Shown: one piece after another, positions 12,014 through 41,234 of the stretch
Position numbering within the stretch: the stretch's first letter is position 1
Layout: every line of letters starts with the position of its first letter
Assembly: GCA_012295275.1 (NCBI GenBank)
Contig: CM022671.1
Location: forward strand, 33,666,001-33,730,000
Source: Chrysomallon squamiferum
Taxonomy: Eukaryota > Animalia > Mollusca
Direction: 5' to 3'
Length of the DNA: 64,000 bases
Notes under the pieces: generated by a model
Databases searched by the model: none
Told to the model about the DNA's origin: nothing
What the model saw: the letters and a program-made list of their open reading frames with translations, nothing else
Made by a program: the position numbers and the translations under genes

Positions 12014-12685
12014 ATCCTTTGTTCCGAAGTATTTGTGTCAGTCATACAGAGAATGTGTAAATATGGTACCTAAAAGACAAATGTTTAGAATAAATTTAAA
12101 ATTATTATTATTAATGTTTTTTTTTTTTTTTTTTTTTTTTTGCTATTGTTGTTGTTATATCCTTGTGCTAAAAATAATTTGTCGTGCATTTGTTTTTCTT
12201 TTTTTTCTCTTTCTTTTTTTCTTCTTCTTCTTTTATATATTTTTATTTTATTTTATTTTTTTTTTTTTTTTTTAAATATGTAATATAGACTTCTTTTACA
12301 TCGTTTTGTAAAACTAGTTCAGCTCTAATGAATTTATATCTATTTAAACAAATCTTGTTACTTTTCATATTAACATATGATAATTATTACGTATCAAACA
12401 TAATCATGGTTTCAAAATTGTGATCGCTGAGAGAAGAAACCAGCAAACCAAACTCGATGGGTTATTCATCTGTTAGCAGAGCATCAACGATCTCCTAGCT
12501 CCACATTCTCATGTCCAGACGATCTTCTCCCCACCACCCGATACACACACACACACTAAACCCAGTGTTTAGAGTAATAGTGATACGAAGATGATCATAA
12601 AATGTTAAATGATTACGCTTGTTCATGTTATTCTGGTGAAGCATTTAAATAATTTCCCAATTACCTTTTATTTATTTTTTATTTT

Positions 12686-12766
<81 letters not shown>

Positions 12767-15700
12767 TTTTTTTTACATTTAAAGCATTTTCTGAAAGTAG
12801 GTATATATTCATTATTTATTTATTTATTTATTTATTTTTTAATTTTTATAATTCGTAGCATGAATAAAATGAACTAACCTGTTCCAGCTACTTTTTTTTT
12901 TTTTTTTTCAGAGCCCGCTTAACAACATATCACCAATTTTTTCAGTTATTCTTTATTTTTCCACACAGTAAATAATTTCTTCCAGAATTCCAAAAATATA
13001 AATTTTGTCGATAAAATTAGAATTCATAAACACATAAAAAACAGCATTCGATACAGAATCATGAAGTTCTTTAGCAGTAATATTCCAAAAGAAACTGAAA
13101 ACAACGGTGTTCAGTGGAAATAACTTTGCGATCGACCCGCTAACCTATGTTACTAATACAAAGTAGTTATCAGCGTTGATTACAGTTCATATGCATAATA
13201 TATGCGCAGATTTAGGGGTGGGTACCTACCCTTTTAAAGTTTTTTGGCTGGTGTATTGTTTTTCTATATAACTGAAACGATTTTTGTCTGCAACGCAAAC
13301 GTAGTGGTTGCGTGTCTTCCCCTCCCATTTACGGATTTGCCCCTGGTATAGCTTAAAGTTATAAAGTGTTATTTTTTTTATGTCTATTAAAGCTATTGTC
13401 ATTTCCTGATCTTCACCTTTGTACTAATGTGACTTCATTTTTTTTTTTTTTATCATAGACATTTGTATCGTTAAATGCAGTTCACTGACTTCCTTGATAA
13501 TAATCAACTTTTGTGAACATTAATGATGGAGCACGCCCCCTAATTATTCTGTACTTCTATTGTAATTATCTATGTATGTGTGTATGTATAGATTTGTGTT
13601 TGTGTGCGTGCGTGCATGTATATATGTTTGTATATATGTATCTATGTATGTATATGTTTGTGTCTGTGTGTATATATAGGTATTATAGGATTTACATATT
13701 CTCTGTCTTACGTACGTCTGATTAGACTCTGCACATTGAGAGCATTCGAGAACGCACTGGTATTGGATGACAAAGTCCAGTCACGATTTTACAAACCCGT
13801 CAGATGCCATGAAGACAATATTACAAACGGTTTCTCATTAATGGAGGGTAATCATTGCTTCCCACATATATATATGTATGTATGTATGTATGTTTGTATG
13901 TATGTATGTATGTATGTATGTATGTATGTATGTATCTATTTAGATATGTAGGCATTTAGATGTGTAGGCATTTAGATGTGTAGGTGTGTAGGTGTGTAGG
14001 TATATAGTTATGTGTGTTTGTGTTTGCGTCTGTGAGTCTGTGTGTATGTGTATATATGTGTATATATGTATCTATATATGTACGTATATAGGTAGGCGTG
14101 TAATGTGACTCTTACCTTGGTTGGTTCACACCTGTTGAAATTAACGTCAGTGACAGTGCACATTTATAAATCATCCAACACAAAAATATCAATGTAGTAT
14201 TCTGATACACTGATAAGAATTTTTTTTTAATCTTGTTACAACGCTTATCTCAATACAATATTATATATGACCATGAAAAGTTACTTTGAACGACAGCTCG
14301 TATCCTTGGAGAGAAATTATAACTTTTTGCACATCCGTTATCCTGTGTTTTGTTCTCTTTTCTAATGCCAGAAGGGAAAGTAAAAACGTTTCTTCTGTCT
14401 GTGTTGCCACAGTGAAAAGAATATAAAACTAGAAAAACCTCAGACGCTTCTTGTAAAGTCTGTTATTCTCGGATCCAAGTTTTAATTCCCGAATGAAAAA
14501 CAGAAAAATATTTATTATCGAATTATGAAACAGCCACAGTGAACTAACTGAATCACAGAAAAACAGGAAGAATTCATCGTTACTGGTTTTCAGCGCGGTT
14601 ACCTTTTCTCTCCTATGTTGTTAGTGTTAACTGTTTGAGAATTTCCATTACGGAGAATTACGCACTGTGGCTCTGTCTTGCAGCTGGTCCTCCTATGCTT
14701 TGTCTTTCACTGACATAACTTGTCGTCCATAGTAAATACATACCACCAAACTGATAACGGCTAACAGTAGTAGATGGGTTATGTAATCCAGTATGACACA
14801 TTGACGAAGTTCACCGACTTCAGATTCACCTCGGATATTGTCAATGAAGAAGACTAAAGATTTCGCCTCGCCGTTCGAATGTTTTAAATGTCTTATATAT
14901 TACACTCGAACACTTTTACATCCTGATTCTCTATAATGTCCTTGTTGGATTTGTTTTATTTAATACTGCAGTCAAATCAGTTTTCAGTAATCAAATACAG
15001 ATTATAAAAATGATTGTTAAATGTAGACGTATACTTTGAATATGTTTAGAACGGTATTATAATTTTTCATTTGAATGTTTTTATTGTTTCGGTCAAATGA
15101 TGCGTTCCCTGAACATATCTACAGATTCATTATATGTTTAATTTTTTTTTTTTTTTAATACGGGATTATTCTTTAGACGTGTTTAAAAATGAACTTGAAT
15201 TTAATTTCTACTCTCTTTGACACTGCTGATCAATTATCGTTTATATTGTAGTCCAGACAAATTTCGTGAACAAGATCTATTATATATAGTTTACTCTTCG
15301 AATATTTTAGACTGTTCTCCGGTTAACCAGTTCTCTGCTTTGAACGCTTTTATATGTAACACACATTTAAATTTCTTGATATAAATAACGTCTAAAATTA
15401 TATACAAATTTATGATATGACTACGAATAAAAAAAATGCGTTAGTGACGTTTACGAACCTAGCAATCATATTTGCAAATGCAGTTGAGATCCGGTTGACA
15501 TTACAAAGACGCTAAGAAGATGCAAAGTTGCAAAGTCGTCCGAACTTATTGCTTGAATACGAAATACAGTTCTGCAGTCAGATTCACTGAGTCAGATATT
15601 AATGTTTGTAAAATTCAGTCAGTTGACGGAGTTCACGTTGCGACTACTACTGCTTGCACATTCAGTCTATTGTCAGCTTGAGATACAGGATAAAAATCAG

Positions 15701-16151
15701 TGACCCCCAACCGAGTCAACATTTTTTTTCCTGGTTCGCGTCTGCTTTGTAGAACTGTTACAAAGGTTAACTGTTAAATCGTGTGCACATGGTCGTCCTC
15801 GACAACAAAGGAAAAAAAATGCGTTTCTATGAAAATAAACGCTCTGGCAACGACGATGACAACAGCATTTAATGAGAGTCAGTTAAACAAAAACGACAGC
15901 GACGTTGTGTTACGTAAGAATCTTTTTAAACAGGTGCTAGGAAAATAGTGGCTCGAGTTTATCCTGGTGAAAATAACTGTTGCTAGGGCCACGAAGATAA
16001 CAACAGCAATGTCGTCGAGGACTATCTAGATGATTATGGAAATTTATTATTATATATTATTAAGAGCAGTCAGTATATAACGAAGAAAAAATTAAGACGA
16101 TGATGACAAAAGATATCAGACGTGAATAAATAGAATTTAGAAATCAACAAT

Positions 16152-16174
16152 AATTCTGCTTTATTTTTTTTATT

Positions 16175-16228
<54 letters not shown>

Positions 16229-16392
16229 CTAATGAATGACTGAATAAATTAATACATTTATTATACAGAACAGAACAACAGTTGTTCAAATAATATAAGA
16301 TTTCTCGGAAAAGGATTGTTCGTTTTAAAGAGCAGAAACCGGAAAACTCAAACTAAAAGCAGCGAAAATTCTGTTTATTTTTAATAATAATT

Positions 16393-16432
<40 letters not shown>

Positions 16433-16632
16433 CAATAATGATGATGATAATAATAATTATAATAAAAATAATATTAATAATAGTGAACGAATAAATGAAT
16501 CAAATTTGTCAATGACTGAATAAATTAGTATATTTATTTTGACAGAACAGAACAACAGTTGATCAGATAATACGAGATTTCTCGGAAATGCGTTGTTCGT
16601 TTTAAAGAGCAGAAACCGGAAAACTCGAACTA
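16152..16632. repeat. Tandem duplication with an embedded (AAT)n tract (about 16152-16355 and 16367-16632)
   Basis: Shared aatgactgaataaatt...cagaacagaacaacagttg...gatttctcggaaa...gttcgttttaaagagcagaaaccggaaaactc. Confidence 0.9.
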
Positions 16633-17145
16633 TTGCTGTTCACAGTTCAGAGGTGTTTCAGTTTAATAACAGCTGTGTCTGCTGATTTATAACTTGTTTC
16701 AACTTTTCACTTTAAAAGAGTTCTCTTGTAACTTGCTCCAAGTCATTACGTCATTACTCATTAAAAAATTATTATGAGTTTCCAAAGCTAGTTGTAGCCT
16801 AATCGAAGTTACTCTAAGTTCATAATTGTAACATAAGTGCTTTTTTTCTCCGACCAGCTGGTTATTGTACGTATATGACACATTTTCTAGGTCACTGTAA
16901 ACTGTTTACTAGTGCTTACATTCATAGCGAGGTAAATCGGCCTTGACATATCACAAAACGCACACCAAAGACAAATCGTAAAGAAAAATCGAGAAAGCGG
17001 CGCTTTGTTGTAAATTTCACAAAAATAGCCTACCTTTATTCAGAAAGTTTTATGTTTCTATTTAACTGTTTGTGAGAATTGTATTCTTATTTGCATGACT
17101 AAACTTGTTTACCCTTTTAACCCCTGCACATATACATCGACTCGT

Positions 17146-17210
<65 letters not shown>

Positions 17211-18494
17211 CATAAATATACATTTTTCTTTTTAAATCAGTGACTGATTAAATATGACCAGACAGTATTGTAACTTGCTGTGGAATCGGGCTAGTGATAC
17301 AATCAGTAGTTTTTCAGTATTTTTGTCTCTATTCGAGATATACTGGTTTTCTTGTCCAGACACAATGCATTATTTAAATTCGAAACTTACTGAATGAATA
17401 CTTCATTTTAACCTCCCTAACTCATATTAACACAAATACCGCTGACATCTTATAAACAATAACTCCTTCTATGTTAGTTATTGTCGCCTTATAAACAGTT
17501 AGAAACTATGATAAGAAATAAAATAAATTATAATATTATTAATAACACAAATAGGCGATGTAGCGAAATAAATAAAAACAAAAATAAAAAAAACAATAAT
17601 ATTGGGAGGCATCTCTTAATTACATAGAATAAATAAAAGAATATAATTTTTCCAGTGATAACTAAATTGTGTGTATAATAATTTTGTAACAAGAGAAAGC
17701 TGGTACCATTTGTTGGACTATTACTAAGACAGGTAATTTAAGTCGTCACAGGTGAAGCTTTTAGTAATACAAACATGATGAACCTGTTGTGTTTGTAAAG
17801 CGTGCACTGACCTAAACCTTAGAAAAAAAGTGCTATTATTCACAAGTAGATATGGACTCACTTTAAAGTTAATGCTTATGAATATTTATCAGTTCATATG
17901 TTACATTCCGTAAAGAAAGTTAATACCAATGTGTAAAAACTGAACTGCATTGTTTTCATTGTCATCAACCGTTTTGTGTGACGTATCCCATACTGCATTG
18001 CAACACGGCCATTTTTCTTTCTTATTTCGTTGTGATTAAGATGGCAAACTGTATAAATTCGTGTTCCATATTCTTAGAATTTTATGTATCATAATATTAA
18101 TAATTTACTTTCAGCTAAACTAAATTGCTATTAAATTTTATTATGAACAATTTAAAATGATTACACTTGTTCATGTTATTCTGGTGAAGCAAAACTGACA
18201 CATTTACGGTCCTCAGTATATGTGTAAAAGATGAATAACGAATGGAAAATAAAGAGGGAAAAAAACAGGAAACATTTTGCTGGTTTCAGAATATATTTAT
18301 GACATATTTACAAATGAATGACAAAATAAATTTCAAAACAATCCATACTGTACAGAATAAAATATTTGTAATACATCATGAAAGGTTTTATATATTTAGT
18401 TAAATACTTAGTTGATATCTCACTGACTCTCTCAGTGTCATCGCACTCACAGAGAAACATACACACACACATAACAATAACAAATATAAAAACA

Positions 18495-18593
<99 letters not shown>

Positions 18594-19628
18594 ATACCGA
18601 TACACACATACACAACGGTGGATTAAAAACTGATAACATTTTATGACAAAATTATATTTACTGTGGATTTAGTATTCTCGCTCTATACTCCTACATTAGT
18701 TTAGTTAATTCTGCACTATCTGCAGGACTTTTCATTTACCTTATATTAAATGATATTACCTACTATTTAGTTCTCTTCTTTAACAGTACTAGACACTACA
18801 CCAAGCAGACTGTCTTTTTCACTGAATTAAATCTTTATATTTAGTAGTCAGGAACGTTGTAAGTGAAAAGATTAACGGGACAAGGAAAAGGAAAGCACTA
18901 TTTAGTGGTACATATTTCTATGATGAACAGTCAGTATTCGTACTGGTAAGTTTGATATACAGATACCTGAGACTACGACTAAACCGAGAGGAAACATATT
19001 GTATGTGAGAATTTTAATTATCGTTATACATCATACAAATCATTTGTTTTCTGTTCATTTTAGTTCATGAATATATAATATGTAACAGGGGTTTCACTGT
19101 CTTAGCAGAAAACTCCTCAGTGAACACAGATACTATAAATAGAATTAACGTGTGGTTCCAGAACTGTCGACAAGCCCAACCAGCAGGCTCATTTTTATAC
19201 ATGCACTGACCAACTTTTAAAATAATTAAACTTAAATTAATCATCTTGAATAAAACTGTAAATTTTCTAAATCCCAGAGTCATTCCTGGCACATGTCACG
19301 GCTTAAAAAAAACATACAGGTTGATATAAAGAGTTACTGAAACGTTCGCGTTTTGTATTCATCAGGGGAGATAATCAACCTATTTTGATCACGCTTTCAA
19401 AGAACTCCGTAGTTCTCTCTCTTGAAATGCTATTATTTATATATATATATGTACACATAAACACTTTATTTCAAACGACTGACACGTTGCTCTGTCATCG
19501 TGGATTTCTAAACAGTATACAGTTAATATCTTACATAAATATTTATCAAACAGTTTATCCATATTCCACATTCCGATTTAAAATTTAATGTACCTCCGTA
19601 ATCGGCCGTTTGGCCCAAAACGTGTGTG

Positions 19629-33014
<13,386 letters not shown>

Positions 33015-33543
33015 TTGTAGCTGAATTCTGAAACAGAAATTTTAATCATAAAATAAATTACCCTAAGTGTAATGACCTAAAAATATAACAACATCAAGAC
33101 CATACATTACTGAACTTATTCTGCATTAAACAGGTAACAACTACAAATTCTGTAAAAAAAAATTAAAAATAAAATAAAATAAAGAAGAAGAAGAAGAAGA
33201 AAACAAGAAAACAAAACAAAACAGAAAAAGAAATTATCATAGAGACATTCTGTATGACAGACAAACTATCAAAATGTGGAATGATTTCACTGTAATTATG
33301 AAACTATTTTCTTGTGACCCACATTAAACACTGAAGAATATGTACAGGTAGCTGAAGCCATATTTATTTAATACAACATCAAACAGATCAACAACAAAAG
33401 GAATAAATTTCGCCGTTGGACTTTATCGTTAAGATACAATTTTAATGTGGCGTCTTGTCTTATGATTCTGAAATACAGAATAGGCTAACAATACCTCTAA
33501 AAATTGTAAAACGGAATATACCAAAAAATATAATAATAAAAAG

Positions 33544-33596
<53 letters not shown>

Positions 33597-35112
33597 AAAA
33601 ATAAAAAATAAACAAAAAAAAACATTAAAAAAATAAAAATTCCACAAAAAGCAACAACAACAACAACAACAAAAACCCACACTTTAACTCGTACTTGAAA
33701 TAATAAACGAAATCAAAATGACACCGTGTTTAATAATTCCTTATTAATTATTGTTATTAGCCTAATCTCTCACAATGTGTCTGTTTCTATCTGTTTGACC
33801 TGCTCTCTCTCGTTATCCTTATATGTTATTCTCTCTGCATTAAACAGTGTTTAATTCTTTTATTTAGGAAAAAAGAAAAAAGAAAGAAAATGCTGACACC
33901 TACAACAACTCCGACGTGAACGCCTTCGTACAAAGATAGGATTCTGAAATCAGCGTTTCTCTGTTTACTTGGCGTTACGGACAGGAAGACGACGTCGACA
34001 CCTTTAACGAACGTGTGCAGGTGTTGCTACGTACAGCTGCATAGCGCGCTGGTTTATGTGTTGCTCGGTTGTTTGTTTAAAGACAAGCTGCTTGCGCTAC
34101 GTCGTGAAAAAGACGAAGAAGAAGAAACAAATGTTCGTTAACGCCCTAACAGCAGAAATTCCCATCTTGAGGAAAAAAAGATTTCTGTCCTAGATTAAAC
34201 CTAAATATTTAGCATTTTTTCTTCAGCTCACCTATCTGTAAACAAAAACATTATTAATAAAAAAAAAAAAAAAAAAAAATGGCATGATATTAAATAAGAA
34301 AATAAGAAAACTAACTCGAAATCAAAGACATCATCATAATATAAATCATTCTAATAATTATTAATAAAAAAAAAAACAGCCTAGAACTTCTGAGCTAGGT
34401 TGATTAAGATTTCTCAAAAACCTGGTGTAACTTTTGTGTGTTTATTCTTGTTTAATGGAAGATGCATATAGCAGTTTTCTTTTTGCTATCAAGTTGTAAT
34501 AGAAACAGTAATTGTTTTAGTAACAGTTTCAGAATAATAACAATAGTAAGAGTTATACGAGTAGTGATATTATTATTATAACCACTAATATTTTCTTAAT
34601 GTATTCGTTTCTTGTTTTATTTAGAGAAAATATCCGAAAACCTCTCCGATCTTATCAAGATTCCAGTTTCATTATTTTGACTTCACATTAGACTGGTTTC
34701 TGCTAAAAAGCGCGAGGGAACATTAAAAAGATGTCTAAATAATCTGGAAGTTTTATCTGTGTGTGTGGGAGAATTATAAAACAAACATGCTAATGGATGT
34801 TTGTCTGTTTCTGTTCATCTGTTTGTGTCTGTTGATAAGTACGTCTGACTGTAACTTTAATTCAGGTGGTTTAAGCAAGTAATTAATGATATCTGAGAGA
34901 AATATGCATAAGTCGTTTTAATCTGTATACACAGGTGATAACGTTTTCAAACTGTAGTCTAAGTGTGTATGCTATTTAAGAAACCTCGCCTATACCCGAA
35001 GGTATTCTGGGACAAAAAGTTGAGAATACTTAATTTTTTTTTATAAATACATTTATTCTTTCTCGTTTCAAACATCATTAAAGTGTTATTCGGCAATAAA
35101 AGTCGAGTAACT

Positions 35113-35200
<88 letters not shown>

Positions 35201-36181
35201 GTCTGTCACACTGTCACACACACACACACACACAGACACACAGACACAAACAGGCATACAAGTGTAAATATTAAGAGCACAGAGACACATAAACGTAATA
35301 CAGTAACAACATCACTAATAGGCAGATTATTACTGCAGTAATTACGCTCAAGGTTTTCTTAAAATCTGGCAACTGTACAACAATAACAAAACAGACAACT
35401 CTTAAAACATCCGAACAAACCACTCCAGCCACAACACAGCGTATGTTAGCACTAACTATTGTATCAATTTTTGGGTAATAGAATTATAGCAGCAAATCCG
35501 CTTTTATCCTTTCATGGCCTAATTCTTTATCATTTAGCAAATAGAGCATTTTTATATTTACCTTCCCATAAACAGCAAAAAAGAATTCCTAAAACGTTTA
35601 GCCACATATGGGTGCTAATAAGGATCGATCTTACGAGCCATTACATGTCATGGTAACGTTTTATCATATTAGTTATGTGCTTTTCCAAATGAGAAAAAGC
35701 AAAAAAATGAGAGCGAGAGACAATCCTTCATTTAAGTGCATCATGTACAGGTTGCATCGACATTTGCATACACTCTACTGATGTATTTACAAACCGGTTG
35801 TGTTATGCCATCAAAAAAAAAAAAAAAAGAAGAAGAAAAAAGCTCAAGGGATTTGTAATATGCTGAAGAGGACTGGTACACGAAAGCACAAAACCATCTG
35901 GATTCGCAATCAACGTATAAAGTTTACCACACACGTTATGTTTTATTTCAAAGTTTGAGTTCGAATCTATAAATGAGAGTTATTGTTCCTAGTCTTAATG
36001 TCTGTTTGCATAAAGCTTGAGTCATCAATTTATGATCAAACAAATAAGAATACCTTTGATTAAAGAAAAAAAAAAAAATAAAAAAATAACTTTCTGTTTA
36101 TGTTACCACTATGGTTGCTCATTAGGAACAAAATTAACTTCCAACATTTAGATATTCTTACCTAATAATAATAAAAATAAA

Positions 36182-36219
<38 letters not shown>

Positions 36220-36929
36220 GAATAATAATAATAAAATGGACAGTAGAAACACCTGTCTTATAAACAGGTATAGTTAATGCAACAGTGATTTAAAACTGGT
36301 TCGGGCAACCAACATTAAGACGTGACTAACATAAACGCGTATAATTAAATATATCAAAGAACAACTTTGGCCAGTATAAACCTTAAGTATTAGAAAGTGA
36401 GTATCTGATGCACCAAAATATGTACCGATCTTTTAACATTTAACTTAAACGTTGAACTTAAATAAATAATTTACAATACAGGAAGGCAGAATTGAATACA
36501 GAATTATGACCCATATAGCCTACCATACACTAAATACAAACGACCGTGATGCCAGTTGATGAAATGTTTGCACTGGATATCATCGCAATGCTACGCATCC
36601 TTTTTTTTGACGGAAAATGCAGTCTTTCGAGACGAATCTAATAGAGATATTCAAATAGAAACAAGAACAAAACAAACGAGATAGAGTATGTTCGAGAAAT
36701 AGTTTTCGTGAACGCAAATTCTTTTCGACGTCGTTTCATTTTGGTTTTGTTGTTTCAAGCTTTTCACTTCTTTTTTTCTTCTAATTCCATTAAAACACAA
36801 GACAAAGGTATCGTTATTTTCTATGACATTTTCAGAAATCAGAGAATATTATCTATTAATCCAATTGTAATTTTTAACCTTTTTTTCGTGATTATTTAAG
36901 TTTTGTTTTATTTTCCTTTTTGTTAGTTT

Positions 36930-37004
<75 letters not shown>

Positions 37005-37653
37005 CGTAATAATTATCATATTCATGATTATCATTATTATAATTATTAAAATTATTATTATTATAATTAGTAGTTGTTCTAATTAAAAACTATATTAAAA
37101 CTATTTTAAAAACTACACTAAAAAGTATATATGTATGTGTTGATAACCATTTGAACATTTGACTCAAGACTATTTTTCGGTTTTTCTTTTCTTTCAAATC
37201 GTTTATTTAATAAGCAGAGGATTTTAAATTAAACTAATATGCAAGCTGTTAATGAGAGGTACTTAGAAGAAAAAACTGAGTTAACTTCTAAAAATGAAAC
37301 CTACATAAACAAGAAAAAAAAAAGATGTAGAGAAAACAGAAAATATTTATCTAATATCAGGTAAGCAGGAAAAAAAAAAAAAAAAAAATGCGGGCTTAAT
37401 CTTAAAATAAATTCCGTACGTCGTTATTTTCAGAACTTCGTGTGTACATGCCTATTTCCTAATTAGTTAACGATCATTCTAAACGTTTAGATTGTGTTTT
37501 TACATTAGATAGAACAGTTTTTCTTTCTTATCCTTTGTATTTTTATTGTTGATCTTCCATCCTTTTTAATAAAAAAAAAATCAACAACACAAACAACACA
37601 ACCCACTCTGGTAGTTACCGAACAATTTTACAGTTATATTTTAAGGTTTCGTT

Positions 37654-37778
<125 letters not shown>

Positions 37779-38244
37779 AATAAAGAAGAAAAGAAAACAA
37801 CCGGAAAGTAGATTCATTCACGCTATTTTACTCCGGTTATTAACACATCTGATATGAACTATGTTTTTGTAATCAGACTGACGTGGTTCGCGCAACCTGA
37901 GGTGGAAAAAACAACAAACAACACTCACAGAGTTAAAATGAAAGTACCGTTATTAGCTTGATAATCACCATCAAAGGCAGATTTCAAAGTAAGTAATTAA
38001 AACCGAACTATAGATGCTACACAAAGATTTCCTTAGTTATGTGAGGTACAAATTAACTTAAAAGCATTCTTAGGCCTCATATAAGTTTTATGTGCTAAAT
38101 TTATGCATCTGTTACGATACAATAATGTATATAGACTGTTTAACAAAAAAGTGAAATAGAAGTAAAAAAAGTACACAAACCTAAAGAAAAGATGAGGAAA
38201 AAGGATAATAAATTATGCAAAATGAAAATGAAGAGAAAAAGGGA

Positions 38245-38754
<510 letters not shown>

Positions 38755-40967
38755 CGGGAACGTGCGCACTGTGCAGTTCTGACAGCGTGCTGTCTGTTAC
38801 GTTGTGTTGGAGTATTTTTTACGATTCTGTGATTACGACTGTTATAAGAAAATTCCTGCAACTATTCCGGTCTGCAGTGAAGCGAATAAAGGCAATTTAG
38901 CCGACTTCCGTTTTAGTAAATTTCTCGTTATTCTGTTTCTCCCTTTTCTCCGAAAAACATTTTAATTCGTTGTTTACTCATTAGACGACACACGGAAATA
39001 GTTTGTTTATTTGGATACTGTAAATAATCGGAAGGTAGGTAAATAAATAAAAAATACTTTTTTTGTTGTTCATATAATGTGTACCAAAGAAACCAATAAA
39101 ACATAATTATATGACAGGATACTTGAAGCGAAACATTTATTCGTACATTTATCTACATACTGCCTACCTACGTAACTACCTATATATTTACACATACACA
39201 TACATACATACATATATATATATAGATATATAAACACACACATATAAATACATGCGTACATACATAAATACATACATACATATATACACACATAAATAAA
39301 TGCATACATACATACATAGATATATATATATATACACACACACACAAACACACACACACACACACATAAATAAATGAATACATACGTACGTAAATATATA
39401 CATACACACACACACACACACATTCATACATAAATGAATACAAATATATACACACATAGATTCTCACACAGGCATATGCGCGCTGACACAGACATTCACA
39501 CATCCACCAAAAACTACACTTGACACAGTAGCAAAGTCTACTGCTATAATTTTGCTGTGGGCACTTCGTATAAAAGCCAGTAGGCGGCTTACTGATAGTA
39601 AAAGTAAACAGCAGAGGGTGTGTCCAGCTCCCACTATCCCATTCTTGTTTAAATAACAACGCTAAATAAACAAGCAAATACTGTTATGAATAATGTACCA
39701 TATATGTTTATCAGAGGCACAGGCAATTTCCCCGCAAACGTGGAAATCAGTAAATAATTGGAAAACCTTTCGCAACGTTCTTATTCTTTCTTGTAACCTT
39801 ATCAGAAGTCTGATAAATATTAGGCCTACTTGTTAACGTAGACAAATAAACTTCGTTAGTTTGCATTGAATGATATACGCTGAATTTGGAGTATGCTGAA
39901 GTATATATATATATATATATGTATATACGTGAGTGTGTTTGTGTGTGTGTCTGTGAGTATATAATCGATGTCCATTTTACAATAATTTTATAAATAAATG
40001 AAAGAAATCCATCATTCTAAAATGCACTCAACAATATCGAAAAATAAAAAAATATATATATATATATAATTTTTTCACACATACACACACAGTGCTTAAA
40101 TGCATGCATATTTGAAATTTTTTCTCACAAATTATTTTAAAATAGCACCTAAAAAAAAAAAAAAAAAAAAAAAGAATTGTTCCTCAGGGAAAGTATTATG
40201 CAAGGAGACTACATACTGATTTTAAAAAGAGATCTTATCATAACCACACTGAAATATTCACACGTAATGACGGTAAAAGTGAATCGCGTTTACATAAAAC
40301 AACAAATGTGCATGTGCACTGTACGTGAACAATTCACAACAGTGTGACAGAACGTTGTGTTTATTTATACAGTGTGTGCGTATTTGTGGGTTGACATGCA
40401 CGTGTCATGTATTTGTATTTATGCGCGTACGTGTCGTCTGTCTGTATGCTTAGTATGTACTGTAGATATTATTAATTATCTAATATCGTCCATTTTGACG
40501 TCTTTAATGTTGAAATACAATTTTCAGTTATGATGATTATGACGACATGAACAACATAAACAACCAAAACCTTAGAACAAAATTTCTCCTAATTTTCCTT
40601 CGTCATCATCATCATCATTTCTTCTTCTTCTTCTTCTGTCTGTCTGTCCGTATGGACAATTATTTACTTCCGGGTCGTCCACATTAAGACTACTTAACAA
40701 TCGGGAACGATTTCTTTACTGCGCCAGTCACACTAATATTTAGACGAGGGCCGTTTCAGAGATCTCTGAAGTTTACAGTGTGCAGTGATATGTAGACTGG
40801 ATTTTAACACCAGGCTTACATCCAGACACCTTTTCAAAACAACACTGGGTCTCGTCCTGCAGTGGCTTTGTGTAGCGAGTTTGGTTATTTCTTAACACAG
40901 CGTAAATGTTCACATTATGAACCTAACGAGCGCACATTTGTGTAGATGCAGACTGTAGTGTGACGTA

Positions 40968-41234
40968 CTGTGGTATAGAGTGATATAGTGTTGTATAGTG
41001 TGGTATAGAGTGATATAGTGTGATATAGTGTGGTATAGTGTTGTATAGTGTGGTATAGTGTGGTATAGGGTTGTATGGTGTGGTATGGTGTGGTATAGTG
41101 TGATATAGTGTGGTATAGTGTGGTATAGTGTGATATAGTGTGGTATAATGTGATATAGTGTGGTATAGTGTGATATAGTGTGATATAGTGTGATATAGTG
41201 TGTGTATAATGTGATATAGTGTGATATAGTGTGT
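40968..41234. repeat. 10-bp minisatellite (RTATAGTGTG)n
   Basis: About 26 copies of tatagtgtg(g/a) with point variants. Confidence 0.95.

Noticed and set aside
13200-13346. Possible MITE remnant (gcagatttagggg...ggatttgcccctg)
   Set aside because: Termini too degenerate and no target-site duplication visible; cannot be supported without a repeat library.
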